This document shows positions 27,547-33,012 of a stretch of 33,012 nucleotides of DNA, piece by piece. Source of the DNA: Anaerolineales bacterium (lineage in GTDB: Bacteria; Desulfobacterota; DSM-4660; Desulfatiglandales; Desulfatiglandaceae); the NCBI GenBank assembly GCA_048636195.1, contig JAIVXD010000001.1, forward strand, positions 1-33,012, given 5' to 3'. The notes beneath the pieces were generated by a model. That model did not search any database and had not been told where the DNA came from. It saw nothing but the letters and a program-made list of their open reading frames with translations. Every line of letters starts with the position of its first letter. The stretch's first letter is position 1. The translations under genes and the position numbers were made by a program.

Positions 27547-28019
27547 AAACAGATTTGCTGGAATCCTACTCATTTTATTTACTTCAGGACGAAGCAATGC
27601 GCAAAAATGCCTGCCAGGCTGTGGACCACTTTCTCAAAGTCCAACAGCCTGTTAAAAATGCACAACTGCACGCCATTCCTCCCGTCATGCAGGCCAAGGG
27701 TCTTTCAGGACTTCGGGGTTTGATTGATAATCAGAAAAGCAAAAACACTAAAAAAGAGAATAAGAAATTTTGGTTATTTTTATCGGATCTTATCCTGTCA
27801 AATCCCGGCCCCGAGTTTTCGCTTAGAAAATTTTTGCTTGACCAACCGCAAATAAAGGCCTTGCTTCAGGATGAGACATCAGCAATAGAAAAAAAAGAAC
27901 AAAAAAAGATTCGGAAAGCCAACAAGGCTATTGTAGATGAGATCATGGAATATGTTCTTCCAGTCTATTTTGAGCACTTCAATTGTCATTATTTCTATCG
28001 AACAAGGCAAGGAGCTTAA
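27543..28019 (+). CDS. second small helical subunit, distant tandem paralogue of the Cas11-like protein
   Basis: 158 aa. VKNAQLHAIPPVM...GLIDNQKSKNTKKENKKFW parallels LKSSQIRNLENLV...NFIKNQTGKDKKGKW of the preceding protein. ATGA overlap with the upstream gene. Confidence 0.35.
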   Translation: MKTDLLESYSFYLLQDEAMRKNACQAVDHFLKVQQPVKNAQLHAIPPVMQAKGLSGLRGLIDNQKSKNTKKENKKFWLFLSDLILSNPGPEFSLRKFLLDQPQIKALLQDETSAIEKKEQKKIRKANKAIVDEIMEYVLPVYFEHFNCHYFYRTRQGA

Positions 28020-28021
28020 TC

Positions 28022-28852
28022 ATGAACACCCGAAATTATTTTCGAAACAAGATCCGAATTGAAGGAACACTGGCCTTTGAAACTGCTTTTCACATTGGAT
28101 CCGGTAAAGAGGGCGAGTTGGCGACAAATATGGGAGTGTTGATAGCCCCGGACGGCAGGCCCATTCTGCCTGGATCTACACTTAAAGGTAATTTCAGGTC
28201 GTTAGCCGAGCGACTCTCCGGATATCTGGGCTTAAGCGCCTGCCTGCTCGATGATGGACTATCCGGTGATGGATGCTTTACCGGGCTGTCCGACCAGGAA
28301 AAACGCAAAGCAAAATACGAAGTGTTCAAGGAATTGAAAACCGAGGACGCAAAATTGAAATGGCTGCACAATAATACCTGCGAGATCTGCCGACTCTTTG
28401 GATCACCACTGCATGCCTCACGTATTTTTTTCAGCGACGGCCTGCTAATCAATTGGAGCAACGCGCTTCAAATCAGAGACGGCGTTTGCATTGACCGGGA
28501 TTCGGAAACCGCCCGCCACGGCGCAAAATACGATTTTGAAGTTGTTCCGGCAGGGGCCGCGTTCAAGATCACCATTGAACTGGAAAACCCGGTTGACAAG
28601 GAACTGGCCCTGGTCGGGGCTGTGTTGACTGAATGGGAAGCAGGATTTCGAATAGGCGGTTTTACATCCCGTGGCCTCGGCAGGGTGCGGCTCGAGGATA
28701 AGACTGTCCGGCAGGTGGATTATACAGACCCAGATCAACTCAAACGGTATCTGTTGAAACGCGAAATGCAGGAGGCGAAGACATTGCTGACCGAAAGCCT
28801 GAAAAGGCTGCTCAATCATCAGGGAGGAGACCATGCTGAAAAAAATAATTAA
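28022..28852 (+). CDS. cas7: Cas7-type RAMP (Csm3/Cmr4-like), copy b
   Basis: FHIGSGKEGELATNMGVLIAPDGRPILPGSTLKGNFRSLAE, CEICRLFGS and RIGGFTSRGLGRV (G-rich loop). Start is ATG 28022 with AAGGAG upstream; the track ORF starts at 27983. Confidence 0.85.
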   Translation: MNTRNYFRNKIRIEGTLAFETAFHIGSGKEGELATNMGVLIAPDGRPILPGSTLKGNFRSLAERLSGYLGLSACLLDDGLSGDGCFTGLSDQEKRKAKYEVFKELKTEDAKLKWLHNNTCEICRLFGSPLHASRIFFSDGLLINWSNALQIRDGVCIDRDSETARHGAKYDFEVVPAGAAFKITIELENPVDKELALVGAVLTEWEAGFRIGGFTSRGLGRVRLEDKTVRQVDYTDPDQLKRYLLKREMQEAKTLLTESLKRLLNHQGGDHAEKNN

Positions 28853-29837
28853 CAGCGCCCGGATCGAAATGGACATTATTCCCATTGATCCCTTGCTTAT
28901 CAAGTCAGGGCAGGCCAGCGTGAGCGGTGTGGACATGGCATTTGTCAGGACATATCGCAGTGGTGAGAAAGATGAGCCCTTTATTCCCGGCAGCTCCCTC
29001 AAGGGCGTGATTCGCTCCTACGCGGAAAAAATATGCCGCAGTCTGAAAGATGATCCAGTTCCCGTCTGCCTGCCCTATCTCAAACCTAAAGGCAAGGCTG
29101 AAAAAGGCGAGGAGCGCCAATACTCTTGCGGTTTACTCTTTGAAAAGTTTAAAAAAGACAAAAAACTGGAAACCGTTCCCACACCGGATGTTTACAGGCT
29201 TTCATGTCCAGCCTGCCGTTTATTTGGTTCGCACTGTTTTATCGGTCGGCTTGCCACATCCGATGCTTATTTAACGGAAAGCTTTAAAGCCCAGGGACGG
29301 CCGGTATTTGAAATCCGTGACAGCGTTGCCATCGACCGGATCACCGGCGGTGTAGCTAATGGACCATTTGATCTGGAAGTGCTCACCCGCGGTGAGTTCA
29401 GTACCAGTCTGGATATACGTAATTTCGAACGCTGGCAGTTGGGCATGATCGCCCTTGTCCTTCGGGACATGGAAGAGGGATTGGTTCGAATCGGTTTTGG
29501 AAAAAGCCGGGGGCTCGGGCGCTTCAAGGCCAGGATTACCCGTTTCGGGATCACCTATTATCATCGAAAACCTGATACCTTATCCGGTCTTCAGGCCCTG
29601 TGTTCTGAAAACGATTGTCAACAGTATGGCTTTTTTGAAGAATCCAAAAAAAATGCCTTTGAGCTACCCCAGGCTGAACCCAACGGGCTTCGAAACGAAT
29701 ATGACCTCACGGATAGCTGGAAAACGGCTCTTGCTCCGGCGGTGAACGATCTGATCCGGTATATCGAAACGGTGTCGTGGCCGACTGATCTTGAAAAGTA
29801 TCTTGAAGGAGGGAAACATGCCGTTTCTGCAGGTTAA
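28833..29837 (+). CDS. cas7: Cas7-type RAMP (Csm3/Cmr4-like), copy c
   Basis: SGQASVSGVDMAFVRT...PFIPGSSLKGVIRSYAE, CPACRLFGS and RIGFGKSRGLGRF. GGAGGA RBS and a 20-nt overlap with copy b. Confidence 0.85.
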   Translation: MLKKIINSARIEMDIIPIDPLLIKSGQASVSGVDMAFVRTYRSGEKDEPFIPGSSLKGVIRSYAEKICRSLKDDPVPVCLPYLKPKGKAEKGEERQYSCGLLFEKFKKDKKLETVPTPDVYRLSCPACRLFGSHCFIGRLATSDAYLTESFKAQGRPVFEIRDSVAIDRITGGVANGPFDLEVLTRGEFSTSLDIRNFERWQLGMIALVLRDMEEGLVRIGFGKSRGLGRFKARITRFGITYYHRKPDTLSGLQALCSENDCQQYGFFEESKKNAFELPQAEPNGLRNEYDLTDSWKTALAPAVNDLIRYIETVSWPTDLEKYLEGGKHAVSAG

Positions 29838-30357
29838 TGATTTTGATATTGACTCTTTTTTCGATTTAATCTGTCGATATCATACCCATGCTGCACAACA
29901 TTTTGAAACATTGCCCATCTTACTGGCTTTTTCACCGGCCCGGGCACTCTTTGAGATCCTGAACACGGATGAATCTTTTTTCAAGAACACAGACCAGGGG
30001 CGGGTCTTTTCACCCGAGGGCGAGCTGAAATGGCGACGAATTAGGGATAAGATGCGCGTTGTTTTTTTGGGGGATGTCGCTCCGCCGGAAGGGCTTGAAG
30101 ACCGCTCATCCGAACTATCTGATTTGAAAAAGGTTGTATCTGAACTCATCCTTTGGGGGGAAAGGACTGATACCAAAAAAGAATGGATCGAACAGCAGGT
30201 GCCCCATCGGTTTCAATACCCTGTTTTCACAACACGCTACAACCGAGGCAGGGCCGCCATTATAATCGAAAATTGGAATGATGTATTCGGGTTTCCGCAG
30301 GTTAGCCGCTACCACAGTCTAAAAGAAATGCCAGGAGAGATAAATGCCCAAGGATGA
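29818..30357 (+). CDS. uncharacterised type III-D accessory subunit in the Csx19/all1473 slot
   Basis: About 179 aa with no motif I can name. It lies between the third and fourth Cas7 genes, where III-D loci carry the all1473/Csx19-type gene. Start is ATG 29818 behind GGAGGG (the track start 29791 is a TTG). It overlaps both neighbours. Confidence 0.4.
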   Translation: MPFLQVNDFDIDSFFDLICRYHTHAAQHFETLPILLAFSPARALFEILNTDESFFKNTDQGRVFSPEGELKWRRIRDKMRVVFLGDVAPPEGLEDRSSELSDLKKVVSELILWGERTDTKKEWIEQQVPHRFQYPVFTTRYNRGRAAIIIENWNDVFGFPQVSRYHSLKEMPGEINAQG

Positions 30358-31429
30358 AACATTCTGGAATCCATATCGTCTGATCCCTGTTCAGGATACC
30401 ATTTCAAAAAAAAGGCCGTTGACTGACGAAAAATTCAGGGCCAACAGTGGCCGAATCTACTGCACAATCGAGAATCTTACCCCTCTTTTCATCGGCGGTA
30501 ATCGAAATAATTCGCAACAGTTTCTAATCAGTAATGGAAAGTACACTATCCCCGGCAGCTCACTCAAGGGAATGCTTCGCTCGCTTGCTGAAATTATAGG
30601 TGGAGGATGCAGTGTTACCGACTCCAATGGCCGGTTTAATAAAACGTATGCAGCCTGCAACAAGGTACATTCCTTGTGCGTAACCTGCCGCATGTTTGGC
30701 ATGATGGAACGTGGAAGAGGAGCCAAAGTACACAAAGGCAAAATCTTTATTAGCGATGCCTTGACACGGGAGGAAAAACCGGAAACAAAGCTCTTCGATG
30801 TTCAGCTTTTTAATCATGCTACGAAGCACGAACCATTTTACAGAACTCCCCAAACCGGCAGGCTTGATGGTAAGTCTCGTAAATTCTACTTTCATCAGCC
30901 AAAAAGAAAGAATTCTGCCTTGGAACCTACAAACATTCAGAAATTTGTGGATAAAAAAAATGCTATTCTGCCTGGTTGTCAATTCGAGTTTGAGATAGAT
31001 TTTGTAAGTCTGGAAAAATTTGAGCTTGAACTTCTGGTTTATATCCTGGCCCTTGAAGAGAATGTGGATGTTATTATCGAGGATGGGAAAATCCCATTAA
31101 AAGGTCCCATGCGGCACAAGCTTGGATACGCAAAACCATTGGGGCTGGGTAGCTGTCGTATTGATTTAAACAAAATTGAATATTTCGCAGCGCCGGCAGA
31201 GCGTTTCTCTTCTCTTGGTCAGATGGAAAACACAGTTTACGAAAGAGATACTCTGAAGACCTTGATAAAAACATTAACACATAGATTTGTATCCGACACT
31301 TCCGCCACCATGCAACAACTTCGAAAAATGATGGTATGGGATGAAAATGATCCAAGGGATTTTGCATATCCCAAGAATCATTGGTTTAATAACCCCTTGA
31401 ATTCAGGAAAGACACTAAAACACATCTGA
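30344..31429 (+). CDS. cas7: large Cas7-type RAMP (Csm5-like / cyanobacterial-type RAMP), copy d
   Basis: N-terminal FWNPYRLIPV resembles the F-x-NPY-x-F-(I/V)-P opening of the III-D-associated RAMP family. Also IPGSSLKGMLRSLAE, CVTCRMFG and YAKPLGLGSC (G-rich loop). Confidence 0.75.
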   Translation: MPKDETFWNPYRLIPVQDTISKKRPLTDEKFRANSGRIYCTIENLTPLFIGGNRNNSQQFLISNGKYTIPGSSLKGMLRSLAEIIGGGCSVTDSNGRFNKTYAACNKVHSLCVTCRMFGMMERGRGAKVHKGKIFISDALTREEKPETKLFDVQLFNHATKHEPFYRTPQTGRLDGKSRKFYFHQPKRKNSALEPTNIQKFVDKKNAILPGCQFEFEIDFVSLEKFELELLVYILALEENVDVIIEDGKIPLKGPMRHKLGYAKPLGLGSCRIDLNKIEYFAAPAERFSSLGQMENTVYERDTLKTLIKTLTHRFVSDTSATMQQLRKMMVWDENDPRDFAYPKNHWFNNPLNSGKTLKHI

Positions 31430-31495
31430 ACAGATAAATTTTTATTGGGCATTTAAAAAGCCAAAAACACAACCTCACTAATTGGGAGAAATACT

Positions 31496-32668
31496 ATGAA
31501 ACCTGTATTCTTAAGCTACAGCCGAAAAAATGTTAAGGATGTTCAGGAAATCGCCGACACTCTATGTGCTGGAGGCATCCGAATCTGGCAGGATATAGAG
31601 TCTTTGGCCACCGGCAATACTGATGAACAAATCCGGAAAGCCATTCAAGAAGAATGTGCCGCTTTCTTCCTGTACATTACAGATGAAAGTGTGGAATCGG
31701 AATTTATCCGGGAAGTCGAAATCAAGGAAGCATTAAATAAAAGCAAAAGAGATGAAACTTTCCATATTGTTCCCTTGATACACATGCCCTTAGAAAAAGC
31801 AAATCAAAAGTTACAAGGCAGTATGCTGGGTGATATTTCAAGATATAATGGTGTTATCATTCATGATGGTGAAACGCTTTCCGAAGCTTCCAGTAAAATC
31901 AGAAAGATTTTGCTGAAAGCGATTATCAAGCGCCCTGCGGATCAGGATTTTGCAATCTCCTTAATGACCTATTCAAGAACACCGGGTAATATTCAACCAC
32001 AACTTGATCTTGACTGGAGCCGATTAAATTTTTCCGATAAAATTATGTCTGACACTATCTGGAAGACACACCTCCTGCCTGCCTTGAAGGATGTCAAGGA
32101 TGCCTTGTTGAATGCCGGGGTGACGCATATAAGACTGTTTGCAAAAGCAACCCTGTCAGCGAGTATGGCATTCGGATATATTTTCAGGCGAGAGACAGGA
32201 TTTAAAATCATAATTAGTCAGGGAGAGCAATTGTGGTCTTCTCAGGATAGACCGGAAAAGCCATCGGGATTGAAAATCAAAGCGCAATCAAGAAATATCG
32301 GGTCAAAACATCTCGGAGTAAATCTTTCCATAACGAGATCTATTGATAACGGCCTTGAAAATTACATAGATAAACAGCGTCTTTCTCTTCGCTCTGAGCT
32401 TTTTTGTGAACCGGCAGAAGGTCCTTCCCGGGAGTCAGTGCCGAATCATAATGTAGCTTCTGCGATGGCTTGGGAAATCGGTAATGCGGTAAGAGATGCA
32501 AAGAGTAAATACAATATCACCGATATTCATATTTTTGGAGCAATGCCATTGGGACTGGCCGTTCTGATCGGTTCAGAGTTAAACGCCTGTGGCAGAGTCC
32601 ATCTTTACGAATTTAATAAATCTGAAAGCATGTATTATCCCTCATGGACACTTGAGGGGAACTACTGA
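31496..32668 (+). CDS. TIR-SAVED fusion protein, predicted cyclic-oligoadenylate-activated NADase effector
   Basis: The N-terminus VFLSYSRKNVKDVQEIADTL...IRIWQD...ESEFIREVEI is a TIR pattern. The C-terminal roughly 240 aa contains two CARF-like pseudo-repeats (HIRLFAKATLSASMAFGYIF and IHIFGAMPLGLAVLIGSELN...VHLYEF), typical of SAVED. GGGAG RBS, 66 nt after the last cas7. Confidence 0.8.
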   Translation: MKPVFLSYSRKNVKDVQEIADTLCAGGIRIWQDIESLATGNTDEQIRKAIQEECAAFFLYITDESVESEFIREVEIKEALNKSKRDETFHIVPLIHMPLEKANQKLQGSMLGDISRYNGVIIHDGETLSEASSKIRKILLKAIIKRPADQDFAISLMTYSRTPGNIQPQLDLDWSRLNFSDKIMSDTIWKTHLLPALKDVKDALLNAGVTHIRLFAKATLSASMAFGYIFRRETGFKIIISQGEQLWSSQDRPEKPSGLKIKAQSRNIGSKHLGVNLSITRSIDNGLENYIDKQRLSLRSELFCEPAEGPSRESVPNHNVASAMAWEIGNAVRDAKSKYNITDIHIFGAMPLGLAVLIGSELNACGRVHLYEFNKSESMYYPSWTLEGNY

Positions 32669-32882
32669 TTTTCGCAATTCTCTTGTAGCCTTTCCCTATT
32701 AAAAAAAGGCCAAAAAAAGGGGGTGGTTACAGGAAATTTATAATTATTTGTTATTGCTGATAAAAATTGTTGTTTACGATGGGAAATAAGGTGGTGAAAA
32801 CATGAAAAAAGAGTCGAAAAAGAGAGGTTACAGAAAAGCCTATTCTAAGTATCTGTATTTATTGTCTGGAAAAAGGCTGCCA

Positions 32883-33012
32883 TCTGAAACTGAGACCTGA
32901 TGAATAAGGGATTGAGACGTTTTTGAATATATCGTACAAATGGATAATGTCAAATACTCTGAAACTGAGACCTGATGAATAAGGGATTGAGACTGATAAT
33001 CCTGATTGTTCG
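32883..33012 (+). CRISPR. start of a CRISPR array: two 36-nt repeats, one complete 39-nt spacer, one truncated spacer
   Basis: tctgaaactgagacctgatgaataagggattgagac occurs identically at 32883-32918 and 32958-32993. Spacer 1 is 32919-32957. The repeat 3' end ATTGAGAC resembles the ATTGAAAC/G 8-nt tag, supporting plus-strand transcription. The array runs off the window edge. Confidence 0.85.

Noticed and set aside
31496-32668. TIR-SAVED as part of a CBASS system.
   Set aside because: No CD-NTase/SMODS cyclase, Cap2/Cap3 or other CBASS gene occurs in the window. The gene sits 66 nt after a cas operon and directly before a CRISPR array, so Cas10 is the more likely signal source.
32725-32840. Short direct repeat GGTTACAG(G)AAA occurring twice about 100 nt apart in the CRISPR leader.
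   Set aside because: It is only 11-12 nt with one mismatch in an AT/purine-rich region, and it resembles neither the CRISPR repeat nor a known leader motif. It may be chance.
32802-32900. A 32-aa ORF (MKKESKKRGYRKAYSKYLYLLSGKRLPSETET) in the CRISPR leader, with AAGGTGG 8 nt upstream.
   Set aside because: It terminates inside the first CRISPR repeat, is very short and lysine-rich as expected from AT-rich leader sequence, and shows no motif. It is most likely fortuitous. Only ribosome profiling or conservation could rescue it.

Overview
The window has three blocks. (1) 2-11993: a cytoplasmic Mvh-type (group 3-like) [NiFe] hydrogenase with a full hyp set. The minus-strand genes hypC-hypB-hypF, HdrA-like/MvhD fusion, small subunit, large subunit, an 80-aa ORF, the maturation protease, hypD-hypE and a Fis-type HTH stub are tightly packed. 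hypA is divergent and a decayed second protease gene sits upstream of hypC. (2) 12090-23482: one tightly coupled minus-strand chemotaxis unit, GAF-HD-GYP, cheR, MCP, cheW, cheD, cheY, cheB, cheA, cheC/X, GAF-PAS hybrid kinase. Its first and last genes share a paralogous GAF module, and a small palindromic element carrying a gutted four-helix-bundle gene sits between cheY and cheB. (3) 23684-33012: the most interesting part, a translationally coupled type III-D-like CRISPR-Cas effector operon. It encodes an HD-less GGDD Cas10, four Cas7-type RAMPs, a Csx10-like Cas5, two tandem Cas11-like proteins and a Csx19-slot protein, followed by a TIR-SAVED effector gene and the start of a CRISPR array (36-nt repeats ending ATTGAGAC). 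No cas6, cas1/2 or CARF gene is visible in the window. All family assignments rest on motifs read by eye from the translations; no database search was run. Gene content and roughly mid-40s %GC suggest an anaerobic Desulfobacterota-like organism, at low confidence.
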